Translations under genes and position numbers: made by a program
In this document: positions 19,809 to 30,135 of the stretch, piece by piece
Numbering within the stretch: the first letter of the stretch is position 1
Layout: each line of letters opens with the position of its first letter
Notes under the pieces: generated by a model
Seen by the model: only the letters and a program-made list of their open reading frames with translations
The model's database searches: none
What the model was told of the DNA's origin: nothing
Source: a virus
Lineage: Duplodnaviria; Caudoviricetes
Virus record (IMG/VR): IMGVR_UViG_3300042307_000844
DNA: 64,000 bases
Direction: 5' to 3' (one strand)

Positions 19809-21401
19809 ATGGCCGATAAAATTTACAGAAATAGGACGATACTAAACCAAAGGGGTGGCTCTTTGGTGATTACAAACACAACCGATCAGGAGAGCATTCA
19901 GCTTTCCCAAAGATCGGGAAGCAATGTTCTGATGAACAATCTGGTCAATTCAGAACTTGCCACTAACAACAAGCAAACCCATGTCATCAATGATAATTTT
20001 GAGACTGTTCTGAATGATGATAATAAATTCGTAAAAGGCGTTCAGACCAATCGTGTGGGAAATACCAGATATGATTTCAAGGGGTTCCTGAAAGACGAGG
20101 AATTTGATGCTTACCAGCAATGGAAAGACACTTTTAATTCGGTGGCATTGGTAAATTCCAAATTCAAAATCAAACGGGGAGGAGTATCCGGCCCGAATGG
20201 TGTGGATACTGATTTGGAAGGAGAACGTGCGGACAATCCGGTGATCGGTTCCAAGGTCTATGTTGTCGAGAATAAGTTCGGGGGGTATATAAAATTACCC
20301 CGAAGATTATCATCTACAGATGAAGTTACTGATTATTCCCCCGTTCCTGACCGTGGCAAGACCAAACCAGCGGAAGAAAAAGATATAAAAGAGGAGGATA
20401 TTTCCAAGAGTGCGGGAGAGCAAGGATCGAAAGCTCCCGGTGTTTTGGAATTTGGAGCAAATAAATCAGCAGCTACGGAGAACGGGGAATGGGAGCCGGA
20501 AGAGGATGCCCAAAACATTGCTGATGCTGTATTGGCAATTCAGGAAGAACTCACTCCCATTGAAGAGAAGATGGGTGATGGGGGGGATGAACATATCATC
20601 GTCAAGAGAAACAAAATTGAAACGGTGGGAGCGATTTTCAATGATTACCCATCGGTTCGCATTGATGAAAAAGGGAGAAGTCAACCATTTGAAATGTTGG
20701 TTGGTGATACGGGTGTATATAAAAACCATGATTACATTCCCCATGTGGAAGAAATAGATAATTCTTCCAATTTCCCTTGTGGACAGGACACTAAGATTGT
20801 GGGCAATTCCTACAACCGTATCGTCGGTTCCGGTGGCATTTCCCTGAAGACCACGGGAGCCACCGAATTGGGGGGAGCCACTTTAAAAGCCGGATTCAAA
20901 AAAATAAATATTAATGCTTCCCATGGTGTCCACATTGGATCGGAGAACGCAATTGAATTGCAATCCATGAAAACCATCGTTCTCCGCACGAACAGGCAGG
21001 TTTATATCGAATCATCCCTTGGAGTTAAAAATAACTTAATTGTGGGGGGTGGTCTTGCCGTGGAGGGTCAGACATACCTCCAAGGCGTTACTGCCCCGCT
21101 GGAGGTGCAGCAGACGGAAAATACGCTGGTTTCCGGCAGGTTCGCCACAACCACTGATCGCAGCTTGTATATTGGGGACTGCGAAATTGCAGGAGAGTAT
21201 TATCCCGTGTATGCCAGAGCCGCCGATGACCTGATTGTGACGTATCCCCATAGCCACCACTTCAACAACCTACCGTTGAAACTTATGGAAGCCAATGAGG
21301 ACGTTCGGAAGGATGCCCACAAGAACGGTATCAATGTCCACAATTCGATTGCCCAAGCGTATCCTCAGATGCATGAGAAGAAGAAACCGCAAAAGGGCTA
21401 A
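19809..21401 (+). CDS. Baseplate hub/spike C-terminal part (gp5-C-like beta-helical protein)
   Basis: Directly follows the OB-fold gene; beta-repeat-rich; HSHHF near the C-terminus. Confidence 0.55.
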   Translation: MADKIYRNRTILNQRGGSLVITNTTDQESIQLSQRSGSNVLMNNLVNSELATNNKQTHVINDNFETVLNDDNKFVKGVQTNRVGNTRYDFKGFLKDEEFDAYQQWKDTFNSVALVNSKFKIKRGGVSGPNGVDTDLEGERADNPVIGSKVYVVENKFGGYIKLPRRLSSTDEVTDYSPVPDRGKTKPAEEKDIKEEDISKSAGEQGSKAPGVLEFGANKSAATENGEWEPEEDAQNIADAVLAIQEELTPIEEKMGDGGDEHIIVKRNKIETVGAIFNDYPSVRIDEKGRSQPFEMLVGDTGVYKNHDYIPHVEEIDNSSNFPCGQDTKIVGNSYNRIVGSGGISLKTTGATELGGATLKAGFKKININASHGVHIGSENAIELQSMKTIVLRTNRQVYIESSLGVKNNLIVGGGLAVEGQTYLQGVTAPLEVQQTENTLVSGRFATTTDRSLYIGDCEIAGEYYPVYARAADDLIVTYPHSHHFNNLPLKLMEANEDVRKDAHKNGINVHNSIAQAYPQMHEKKKPQKG

Positions 21402-23050
21402 CCTTCACAGGACTTACAATTCATGATCGATCTCGCCAAATCTTGGGAAGGATTTGAACTGCGACTGTAATATAAAGATTTAATCCCCTGTTCCCAAGCG
21501 AAGATCATAAGCTGATTAATTTCCTTTGGTTTGGTTCCCGCTGGAATCATTAGGTTTAGCGATTGTCCTTGATCTAGATATTGACCCCGTTGAGCAGCAT
21601 GAACAACGATTTCTCGTTGGGAAATTTCTGCAAACGTCTTAAACACATCTTTCTCTTCTTGGGTTAAGAAATCTAGATGTTGAACACTCCCCCCATGCGC
21701 CAAAATATCTTTCCAAACATCCTTGGTATTTTTATCTTTAGATTTCAATAATTCAATGAGATGTGGATTTTTATATGTGAATTTACCTTTTGCCAAATTC
21801 TTTACAAAGTAGTTGGAATTGAGAGGTTCGATGGATGGAGAGACTTGCCCCAAAATAAAACTGCTTGAAGTTGTTGGAGCCACAGCCAACGTTGTAGTAT
21901 TCCGTCTTCCATATCCTTTTAGGACTTCCGGTTCCCCGAACATTTGAGCCAATTCTTCCGTTGCCTTATCAGCACGTTCACGAATCTTGGAAAAGATTTC
22001 AATATTCTCGAAATGTGCATCCATACTTTCCCAAGCGATCATCTTGGATTGGAGGTAATTGTGATAACCCAGAACTCCCATACCTAATGCCCGATGATTC
22101 TTGGCAAATCTATGAGCAGCTTCCATCAATCTAATATCTGCGGTTTTTTCGATGAATTCGCTCATCACAGCGTCAAGGAACATAATCAGCGTTTCGACAG
22201 CATCAGTATCTTTGATTTCATCCCACCAAAGCAGGTTCAACGACGATAAACAGCACACGAACGATTCTTCTCTGGTTGAAGGGAGAAAAATTTCAGTACA
22301 CATGTTGGAACTATTGATTTTATAATCTTTATCTTTATAAACTTGTGGTTTCTGATTGTTTGCATTATCAGTGAAAAATACATACGGATAACCAGTTTCA
22401 GAACGTTTTTTGATAACAGCAGACCATCTACGTCTTTTTTCCTTATCACCTTCAACCATTGATTGCATCCATTCATCAGAAACACATACACCAATTGACA
22501 TTTCTTGGATGGTATTACCTTCCGATCTAATTTTGATAAATTCATCAAAGTCATCATGATCAATTGGTAAATATGCAGCAAAGTGTCCTCTACGTGCGCT
22601 TCCTTGACTAACGATACTTGTTACAGTATCAAATAATTCCATACAACGCGCTGCACCTTCAGCAATTCCACCACCAGTGATTTTAGAACCGCGAGGACGA
22701 ATATCCCCAAAATAACCAGAACATCCCCCACCAACTTTCGTCATCATCCCCACTTCTGCTTGTTTGAAGAGGAAATCTTCAATACTATCAGAAACGTGTG
22801 AATTGAAACATGAAATACCCAATCCACGTTTATTCCCAAAATTCATCCAAACGGGAGTTGCCAAACTATAATAACCCTTGGACATATAATCCTCGAATTT
22901 ATCGGAAAATCCATCAACACCCAAGATTTTTTCGGCGGCATCAGCAATCTCTTTAATTCTCTCCAAAGGAGTCTGCCCCTCTTTCAAATATCCCTTCTCC
23001 AAAAATTTAACGGAGTCTTCGTTCAACCAATAGTATTTTTCTCTTGTCAT
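21398..23050 (-). CDS. nrdA: Ribonucleotide reductase class Ia alpha subunit (compact, no obvious ATP cone)
   Basis: SCF, SNMCTEI (NxCxE), VAPTTSSS, SLYYSR motifs. Confidence 0.95.
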   Translation of the reverse strand: MTREKYYWLNEDSVKFLEKGYLKEGQTPLERIKEIADAAEKILGVDGFSDKFEDYMSKGYYSLATPVWMNFGNKRGLGISCFNSHVSDSIEDFLFKQAEVGMMTKVGGGCSGYFGDIRPRGSKITGGGIAEGAARCMELFDTVTSIVSQGSARRGHFAAYLPIDHDDFDEFIKIRSEGNTIQEMSIGVCVSDEWMQSMVEGDKEKRRRWSAVIKKRSETGYPYVFFTDNANNQKPQVYKDKDYKINSSNMCTEIFLPSTREESFVCCLSSLNLLWWDEIKDTDAVETLIMFLDAVMSEFIEKTADIRLMEAAHRFAKNHRALGMGVLGYHNYLQSKMIAWESMDAHFENIEIFSKIRERADKATEELAQMFGEPEVLKGYGRRNTTTLAVAPTTSSSFILGQVSPSIEPLNSNYFVKNLAKGKFTYKNPHLIELLKSKDKNTKDVWKDILAHGGSVQHLDFLTQEEKDVFKTFAEISQREIVVHAAQRGQYLDQGQSLNLMIPAGTKPKEINQLMIFAWEQGIKSLYYSRSSNPSQDLARSIMNCKSCEG

Positions 23051-23053
23051 ATA

Positions 23054-24028
23054 TTAAAATAGTTCATCTTCCTCATAACACTGCCCCTTTTTAGAATATT
23101 CCACACTTTTTGAATGGAAAAAATCTGTCATATTGGAACCCATCAATTCTTCTTCAAACCATGATGTTTCATCCAATAATACTTCATCAATATCAAAAAC
23201 TTTTTTAAATCCAATCTGAACCAGAGATTCGTTGATCCTGTTTTTGATGAATTCCTTGAGAATTGGAGCAGTCAGTCCCTTTTCATCAATACCATTCACC
23301 ATCCAGTCGATGATCTTCGATTCCGATATGAAAGCTTGTTCTGCTTCCTGTAAAATCTTGGTTTCCAATTCCTCATCAAAAAGCTCCGGTAGTTCCTCCC
23401 TAATGGTATTGATAATCTTAACACCTACCAACGCATGAATCATTTCTTCATTGCGGGTGTATCGAACCTGTTGATCAGTGTCTTTCAGGACACTCTTGTT
23501 CCGTCCGAACCAATTGATCACATAGAATTGAGAAAACAAGGATACGTTTTCCACAAACAATGTGAAAAGAATCAGGGCATAAAGATATTGTTTCTTGGAA
23601 TCCTTATAGAAACGATGGGTATATTTTTTGAGATATTTCACTCTTCCCTGAATCCATTCCAATTTAAGGTTCTCTTCAAAAACATCCTCCATATCCAATA
23701 CGGACAGGAGACGTTCGTATGCATTATTGTGGATCACCTCAACATTTGCCATCACAAATCCTAGATCAGACAAGGATGGGTGGGGGAGGTTGTCCCCAAG
23801 CTTTGCCCAAAATGTCTTTACCGCAACCTCAATCTGTCCAATGGCAGACAAGGTTCTCACAATGATTTCCCGTTCCTGATCCGTGAGTTGTGTCTTGAAT
23901 TGATGAAGATCGCTTTTGAAAGAGAATTCCTTGTCAGTCCAAAAACCATTGTGCATTGCTTCAATGAATTTTTCTGTCCACGGGTATTTGTTTGGTTTCC
24001 TGCTTATCTGTTCGTCAAAAATGCTCAT
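23054..24028 (-). CDS. nrdB: Ribonucleotide reductase class Ia beta subunit
   Basis: EVIHNNAY, FVENVSLFSQF, RNEEMIH, DFFH. Confidence 0.95.
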   Translation of the reverse strand: MSIFDEQISRKPNKYPWTEKFIEAMHNGFWTDKEFSFKSDLHQFKTQLTDQEREIIVRTLSAIGQIEVAVKTFWAKLGDNLPHPSLSDLGFVMANVEVIHNNAYERLLSVLDMEDVFEENLKLEWIQGRVKYLKKYTHRFYKDSKKQYLYALILFTLFVENVSLFSQFYVINWFGRNKSVLKDTDQQVRYTRNEEMIHALVGVKIINTIREELPELFDEELETKILQEAEQAFISESKIIDWMVNGIDEKGLTAPILKEFIKNRINESLVQIGFKKVFDIDEVLLDETSWFEEELMGSNMTDFFHSKSVEYSKKGQCYEEDELF

Positions 24029-24127
24029 ATCGCCTGATTATTTATTCCCCACTTTCGTTGTTTCTCTTTCTTGATTTTGGTTGTTCGCCACGCTAAATAC
24101 TGGCATAGCTTTTCCAAAAATCAAGCC

Positions 24128-24769
24128 TTAAACGATCTCATCAACGATTCCGTATTGGAGGCATTCCTCTGCATTGAGCCAGATGTCCCGCTTCAAAAGT
24201 TCATCCAATTTCTTCATGGGAAGCTTGGTATTCTTTTTATAGAAATCTTTCAAAAGTTTCATCAGATTGGTGCAATTGAAAATCTCATCCTCCATCTCTG
24301 AGAACTTACCATACACACCGGAACTCAATTGGTGGATCAAAAGATGAGCATGTTGTCCCATGTATCTCTTGCTACCAATGGCGGAAACCAAGGTTCCTGC
24401 ACTTGCCACACTACCATCAATGTGGGTATGGACTTTGGATTTCAGTCTGCGGATGGTATCCACGGTGGAGAATGCTGCAAAGATACTACCACCAAAGGTA
24501 TTCAGGTGAAGATGGATGGTGGATTCATACGCACCGTCTAAAGCAAGTTCCATGCTTTGAAGCTTCAAATCTGTTTCTAAAAGAACCCTATTCAATTCTA
24601 ACATCGCCCCCTCATTAACATCAGCATAAAATAAAATTTTATTATTGATGACTCTAATACCTTGAGGATATTGAGTTTCTTCATTATCAGAAGAATTTAT
24701 GATAATCTGGGGCATTTGGAATGCATTCATGTTCTCCTTCTCCTCTTCGTTTCGGTAACGCCACTTCAT
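24128..24769 (-). CDS. ClpP-like serine protease (S14)
   Basis: LNTFGGS, GSVASAGT, LLIHQ, RDIWLNAEECLQYGIVDEI. Confidence 0.88.
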   Translation of the reverse strand: MKWRYRNEEEKENMNAFQMPQIIINSSDNEETQYPQGIRVINNKILFYADVNEGAMLELNRVLLETDLKLQSMELALDGAYESTIHLHLNTFGGSIFAAFSTVDTIRRLKSKVHTHIDGSVASAGTLVSAIGSKRYMGQHAHLLIHQLSSGVYGKFSEMEDEIFNCTNLMKLLKDFYKKNTKLPMKKLDELLKRDIWLNAEECLQYGIVDEIV

Positions 24770-24816
24770 GTATAATACTTAACACAGAAATCGGGGTTCG
24801 CAATCTAAATACTAAT

Positions 24817-25122
24817 GTGGATCAAGAATTAAAAAACATCTATTCCGATATTATTTTGGAATACCAATCGGGTTTCAATCCTCCCCAAAGGGTTCCCAAG
24901 CAAGCGGTTCCCGATGAAGCTGGGGGTAAATTATCATATGGTAAGATTAAAATGGGAATGGTCAACACTCCAGTAACTACCAATGTCTATGGGGAACAGG
25001 AGGAGGAAGCTGAAGGTATTTTAAAAATTATTCAGGATGTGGAATCGGAATATCGGGGGGATTCTCCCATAAATAATGCCGTGAGATTGGCATTCGGCAA
25101 ATTAAAGGAAAAATTGGCATGA
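24817..25122 (+). CDS. Hypothetical late protein
   Basis: TAAATA-N5-GTG start. Confidence 0.55.
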   Translation: MDQELKNIYSDIILEYQSGFNPPQRVPKQAVPDEAGGKLSYGKIKMGMVNTPVTTNVYGEQEEEAEGILKIIQDVESEYRGDSPINNAVRLAFGKLKEKLA

Positions 25123-25370
25123 ACAAGGATCAGGAAATATTGGAAGAGATGGTGAGGGAAATTATCGAGGAAATTGCCAAACATGGTAAGACCCGCAAGT
25201 TATATGAGCTTTTGGATGATGCCGTGAAAAAAGGATTTGTGAAATACGTCGAGAAAAATGGGAAGATTATGGTGAAGTCCCTGAAAGATGATCGCCAATA
25301 TCTAGCTCATCTTGGGGAAGTTGCAGTTGATCCCGTTTTTCGTTTTCTGAAAAAGCTTGGATATAATTGA
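25119..25370 (+). CDS. Hypothetical protein
   Basis: Coupled to the upstream ORF. Confidence 0.55.
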   Translation: MNKDQEILEEMVREIIEEIAKHGKTRKLYELLDDAVKKGFVKYVEKNGKIMVKSLKDDRQYLAHLGEVAVDPVFRFLKKLGYN

Positions 25371-25371
25371 T

Positions 25372-26040
25372 TTATTGAAGATTTTTATTGTTTATGGAGA
25401 TTTTTTTATCTTCTTTAGATTTTAGAAGATTTTCTATACCCCATAACGGGCGAAGATTTACATAATTAAAACATTTGAATTGTTCTTCAGGGATGGATAA
25501 ATCAAAAGAACAACAAGGAATAATGTGATCAATATGCCACTCACCATAATTATCCCATGACATATTTTCTTGAAATTGATTTTGAAGATGCAGCTTAAAA
25601 AAATCTACATCACAACCAAGTAATTCTATTGTCGATTTCGACTTACATTTCCCATGTAAAGCTCTTCTAATTCTTATTCTTAAACGTTCAGATAAAACAT
25701 GGTTTATATTATGTTTTCCTCTGCTGTGATACCATTTATTGATATTTCTCCTCTGAGAACCAGATTCTTTTCGCTGTTTATATACAGCATCCCAATTATT
25801 TTTCCGCCACTCTTGATTTCTTTCATATACCTTTTTTCTATTTTTTTCAGTATATCTTCTTTGGCTTTCTAAGTCTTTTTGTTTATATTCTGGATTGTTT
25901 CGATAAAAGGTTTTCGATTCCTTATCATATTTTCTTTTAATTTCCAATTGTTCGGGAGTCATGTCTTTTCGTGGTAGATTCCACCATAATGATACTCCTT
26001 CTGGGAATTTTGGTCGTTGTATTTCGATATCATCTTGCAT
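25372..26040 (-). CDS. HNH endonuclease
   Basis: ELLGCD...MSWDNYGEWHIDHIIP...NYVNLRPLW..EN..K. Confidence 0.85.
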   Translation of the reverse strand: MQDDIEIQRPKFPEGVSLWWNLPRKDMTPEQLEIKRKYDKESKTFYRNNPEYKQKDLESQRRYTEKNRKKVYERNQEWRKNNWDAVYKQRKESGSQRRNINKWYHSRGKHNINHVLSERLRIRIRRALHGKCKSKSTIELLGCDVDFFKLHLQNQFQENMSWDNYGEWHIDHIIPCCSFDLSIPEEQFKCFNYVNLRPLWGIENLLKSKEDKKISINNKNLQ

Positions 26041-26076
26041 AATCATATTTAACATGATTATGACAATATGCAACAA

Positions 26077-26655
26077 CTACCGATTCACTGCTTCGTGGTG
26101 CATTGCATCGTATCCCCAAAAAGCACCAGCGGCAATCCACCCCTCACGGGCAAAGCATTCCATAATCTCCAATGGCATATCTGATTTCATTGGCCAGCTA
26201 TCGCGGAAAGTATTATCATCGGCATCCAAATCAATGGCAGCACCATAGGCATGTAGAGAATAAGAAGAACCTCCACGCTTCAAGCGGAAATTGAAAACGC
26301 CCCCATAATCTTCAGCTTCATCTTTAATATCTGGATATTTTGGAATTATATCCTTAATGTTGTTCAATACCCTCAAAAGAGAATCCACACATTTCTTATT
26401 AACACGGGTTTTAGTAACCAATTTACCACCATAATACATTGGGTATGGAAAGTTGATCATTACGAGATTTGATTCGTCTCCGGGTTTTCCGTAAAATTTA
26501 GTTAAGGATGCTTGATCACTTTTTGGCCATGGGTTGTTCTTAGGCATCAGAGAGCGTAGATATGTTTTACATGCGGCTTGTGATTTCGGACCCCAAAATC
26601 CATCAACAGTTGTTCCGATTTTTTTCTGCATTTTTTTAATTTCATCGCTATTCAT
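26077..26655 (-). CDS. Endolysin: PG-binding-like N-terminus plus M15 peptidase
   Basis: VDGFWGPKS; FNFRLKRGG..SLHAYGAAIDLD...DAMHHE. Confidence 0.88.
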   Translation of the reverse strand: MNSDEIKKMQKKIGTTVDGFWGPKSQAACKTYLRSLMPKNNPWPKSDQASLTKFYGKPGDESNLVMINFPYPMYYGGKLVTKTRVNKKCVDSLLRVLNNIKDIIPKYPDIKDEAEDYGGVFNFRLKRGGSSYSLHAYGAAIDLDADDNTFRDSWPMKSDMPLEIMECFAREGWIAAGAFWGYDAMHHEAVNR

Positions 26656-26663
26656 AAAAATAC

Positions 26664-27071
26664 TTAGTCCAATCCATATTTTTCAAATCTCTTTTTCCAG
26701 ATAAAATAAGAACCCGCAACAACAGCAGAATAAATCGTCCATCTCATGGGAAGAGATACCCCAGCCTCTTTCATCAATTCTAAAAACATCCAGTTGGATT
26801 CCTTCCAAGTGAATTTGTCGTTGAATGGAGAGAAGCACCAATCATGAATCAGAGCCGCTGGAAAAGCTCCTCCAAATGGCCCGACAATTGGCCAAGCGAA
26901 TTTCGGGGAACTGATCCCATCAGTGATGAATCCTTTCTTTACGGTGATGAGATGATTCTTATAAAAACAGCGAAAATTCTCCCCCAACTCAAATTTTCGG
27001 GTTCCTTTATGGATACCCAAATCTTTCAGATATATCGTATCAGGAAAGGTGTTTTTATTAACGGTGGTCAT
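26664..27071 (-). CDS. DUF1353 family protein
   Basis: VKKGFITDGISSP...AALIHDW. Confidence 0.8.
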   Translation of the reverse strand: MTTVNKNTFPDTIYLKDLGIHKGTRKFELGENFRCFYKNHLITVKKGFITDGISSPKFAWPIVGPFGGAFPAALIHDWCFSPFNDKFTWKESNWMFLELMKEAGVSLPMRWTIYSAVVAGSYFIWKKRFEKYGLD

Positions 27072-27113
27072 AATAATATTTAGCTTGACATTGGGAAATA
27101 TTTTATTATAGTG

Positions 27114-27755
27114 ATGGAAATGAAAGCAGAACTAATGAATTATTTTGGAGACGATTTAATGATCGTCAATGCGGCTAGAGTTTCTTTTGGGAAAAATAAA
27201 AATATTTTGGATGAGAAAGATGAAAAGCTGATCAAGTATTTAGTGGAGCATAAACACACAGCACCTTTTCGACATCCCCAATTACAATTCAGAATTGAAT
27301 GTCCTATCTTTGTGGAACGACAGCTTTTCAAACATCAGGTAGGATTATCAGCCAACAGTATTAGTGGTAGATATGTGGATTTCTCCGATAATTATTATCA
27401 TGTTGAGGAGCTTAGACAACAATCGTCTTCGTCCAAACAAGGGAGTGATGGGTTGTTGAATAGACCGGATTTGATTAGCCAAATGGATCATCATATTACA
27501 TTGGGTAAGAAATTGTATAAGGAATTGTGTGATGCTGGTGTTGCCAAAGAACAAGCTAGAGTTATCCTGCCGCTTTGTTTGGAGACGCAATTTATCTGGA
27601 CTGGATCGTTGTTGGCATTCATTCATATGTGGAAATTGCGGTTGAAAAGTGACACCCAACAAGAAACAAGAGAAATTGCCCAACAGATGTTTGATCTTGT
27701 TAAAAACATCGAGGGGAACCCGTTTGAACACACTTTAAACGCTTGGGGATATTAA
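27114..27755 (+). CDS. thyX: Flavin-dependent thymidylate synthase
   Basis: VNAARVS, HTAPFRH, RQLFKH...NSISGRY, EQARVILP, Q.ETRE.A. Confidence 0.95.
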   Translation: MEMKAELMNYFGDDLMIVNAARVSFGKNKNILDEKDEKLIKYLVEHKHTAPFRHPQLQFRIECPIFVERQLFKHQVGLSANSISGRYVDFSDNYYHVEELRQQSSSSKQGSDGLLNRPDLISQMDHHITLGKKLYKELCDAGVAKEQARVILPLCLETQFIWTGSLLAFIHMWKLRLKSDTQQETREIAQQMFDLVKNIEGNPFEHTLNAWGY

Positions 27756-27756
27756 T

Positions 27757-28134
27757 ATGATTACAATATTAGCAGGATCAAGAGAGGGTGTCCATTACGA
27801 TGATATCCTAAAAGCCATGGAAACCTGCCCATGGTCGCCCACAGAAGTCGTGTCAGGCAAAGCCCGTGGGGTTGATACTATGGGAGAACAGTGGGCAATG
27901 GAAAATAATATTCCAATTAAAGAATTTCCTGCCGATTGGAAAAATCTAGGGAGGTCTGCTGGATATCGTAGAAATGAACAAATGGGAGATTATGCCGATG
28001 CTCTCATAGCTGTGTGGGATGGCTCAAGTAGAGGAACTGCACACATGATCAAATATGCCAAAGAAAAAGGTTTGAAAGTGTTTGTCCATGATTTAAGTAA
28101 AATCAATGAATACAAATTTCAAGATTGGATATAA
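27757..28134 (+). CDS. SLOG family protein (DUF2493/YspA-like)
   Basis: AGSR...VSGKARGVD...ADW...GRSAGYRRN..M...WDGSSRGT. Confidence 0.85.
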   Translation: MITILAGSREGVHYDDILKAMETCPWSPTEVVSGKARGVDTMGEQWAMENNIPIKEFPADWKNLGRSAGYRRNEQMGDYADALIAVWDGSSRGTAHMIKYAKEKGLKVFVHDLSKINEYKFQDWI

Positions 28135-28492
28135 AGTTCAAGACCCGAAATGGGGGATGTGTGAGATTGGAAGTGAGGGTTCTATGATTGAAAGTGGGGA
28201 GATTGCTTATGTGGCAATTCCTCTTGAAGAAAGATATAAAGGTTGGGGTAAATTTTGTTTACTTGAAAAAGATTTGGAACTCATTAAATAATTTCGTTAT
28301 GATTAAAATTCTAAAAAATAATAGTGTTCAATTGTGCTGCAAAGGAAAAAGTTGCCCTATCGTTACTGAACTTGCTGATGGAATGGTGGAGATTGTGGAT
28401 GATAACGGCAATCGTATCGTAGTCCGCAAGGAAGAAGCCCTCTTGATTTCCGATGGGGTGAAAACGATTGATAGTCAGAAATTGATCCTTGG

Positions 28493-28801
28493 ATGAGCCT
28501 TTGGTTTCAATCATTTGTTTTAATTGGCTGTTGTTTGATCCTGAAATACGGATCAATCCTTGAGCCTATTCGTGTCTTTCTCAGACAATGGGAATTCTTT
28601 GAAAAGCTTCTCAAGTGCTGTATGTGTATGGGCTTTTGGGTGGGAGTATTCTTTGGAATATTCTGGTCTGCCCACATTTGGGAGATTCCGCTTTGGGGAT
28701 TCTACGCATCTGTAATCTGCTGGTTTGCAGACTATCTGACGATGGTGCTTGACAAATATCTGGATGATGGTAAAGTGGAGGATGAAGAAATTACCAAATA
28801 A
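28493..28801 (+). CDS. Small membrane protein (DUF1360-like)
   Basis: Hydrophobic, with a CCMCMGFW motif. Confidence 0.55.
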   Translation: MSLWFQSFVLIGCCLILKYGSILEPIRVFLRQWEFFEKLLKCCMCMGFWVGVFFGIFWSAHIWEIPLWGFYASVICWFADYLTMVLDKYLDDGKVEDEEITK

Positions 28802-29370
28802 TTTTCATCAGAAAACGATTGAAGAAAAATCACAGTATTTTCATTCTTTATCTGACAAAGATGTGTATGATTTATCACCATCTATGTCTTTTATATTTTA
28901 TAAAACCAATAACATCGAGGGATGTTTATATGATGGATGGTATTATGATAAGGTTGTAATTAATAAAAATGCCTCAACATATCAACAAAAATTAATTTGT
29001 AAGGTAGTGGAAAAATATTATGGGTTTTTGAAATGGGATGACATATTGGGATCGCAAAAAATAGTTAATCACATTAAAACATTATGAATAAAAAACATCC
29101 ACATTATAAGGCAACTGTTGTGAGATACAGAGGGATCGGTGGCGGATTTAAAATTAAATGCAAAGACGGATCATTGTCTGATGAAACATACGGAACTAGG
29201 AAAGGTGCGGAGAAAATGATCAACGGAACATTTGGAAGTGCTGGAGGTATTAGATGAAAACAAAGGAAGAGCTTTTAGAGGAATGGAAAGATGATGATAA
29301 TGTGGAAGGTGAATGAGTGTAAGAATGCTGGATTAAAAACTAGATTATTATAAAGTGATTAAATAATCAA

Positions 29371-30135
29371 ATGGAAAGCTTCAAGACATTTTACGAAAAA
29401 TTTGTAAACGGGGAACTCCCCCCAACCAACCGTAGGCGTAGGATGCTTCTGGAGGCGCAATACACTTACCCATCCACCGGAGATAAGGCGATAATGGATT
29501 TATATGCCTTATATGCCCTGTGGTGGGAGCTTGGAGGGGGTAAGGCTTCTTATGGCTACGAAGACACCAACGTTCGCAATTATAAGGTCAGGGAAAAGGT
29601 TGACCGCTATTTTGAGGAAGCTCTGGTGGTTATTTCCAATACCCTTTTGGAAGAATCCAAGGAAGCCATTGCAGATGAAGCTGAAAATATCTTCGACGAA
29701 TACCTAATCCCCTCTCAAGTGGTGGTGGATTGGTTTAAGGAAAATGATATGATGCCAAAATTGGCAAAAGCTTATAATGGCGGTAAAGGGGGAATTTGGT
29801 TCTCCGTGTTTGATTATGGGGATACCCTTGATATATTATCCGCGCCATTTTGGGAACAATATGCAAATCTTTATGGTGGGGATAAATGGGTGACTATTAC
29901 GGAAACCACCCGCCAACTGGATAATGCTATTCGTAGGGAGAAGGTTCAAAATCTTATGAACGCCTTTGTCAAATTCATGGACTTGGAACACAATACTGGA
30001 AGTCTTTATTCCAAACTTAAAAGAATGAAAGTATCCAAGGAAACACTTGATCTTCGGGCGGGGTTCCGTTCAGCGGAGGATTTTAAACCGCATGTCAGTC
30101 CCCAAGTGGCGAAGCTGATTGGGCTTGTGAGATAA
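29371..30135 (+). CDS. Hypothetical late protein
   Basis: TAAATA-N5-ATG; long ORF. Confidence 0.7.
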   Translation: MESFKTFYEKFVNGELPPTNRRRRMLLEAQYTYPSTGDKAIMDLYALYALWWELGGGKASYGYEDTNVRNYKVREKVDRYFEEALVVISNTLLEESKEAIADEAENIFDEYLIPSQVVVDWFKENDMMPKLAKAYNGGKGGIWFSVFDYGDTLDILSAPFWEQYANLYGGDKWVTITETTRQLDNAIRREKVQNLMNAFVKFMDLEHNTGSLYSKLKRMKVSKETLDLRAGFRSAEDFKPHVSPQVAKLIGLVR

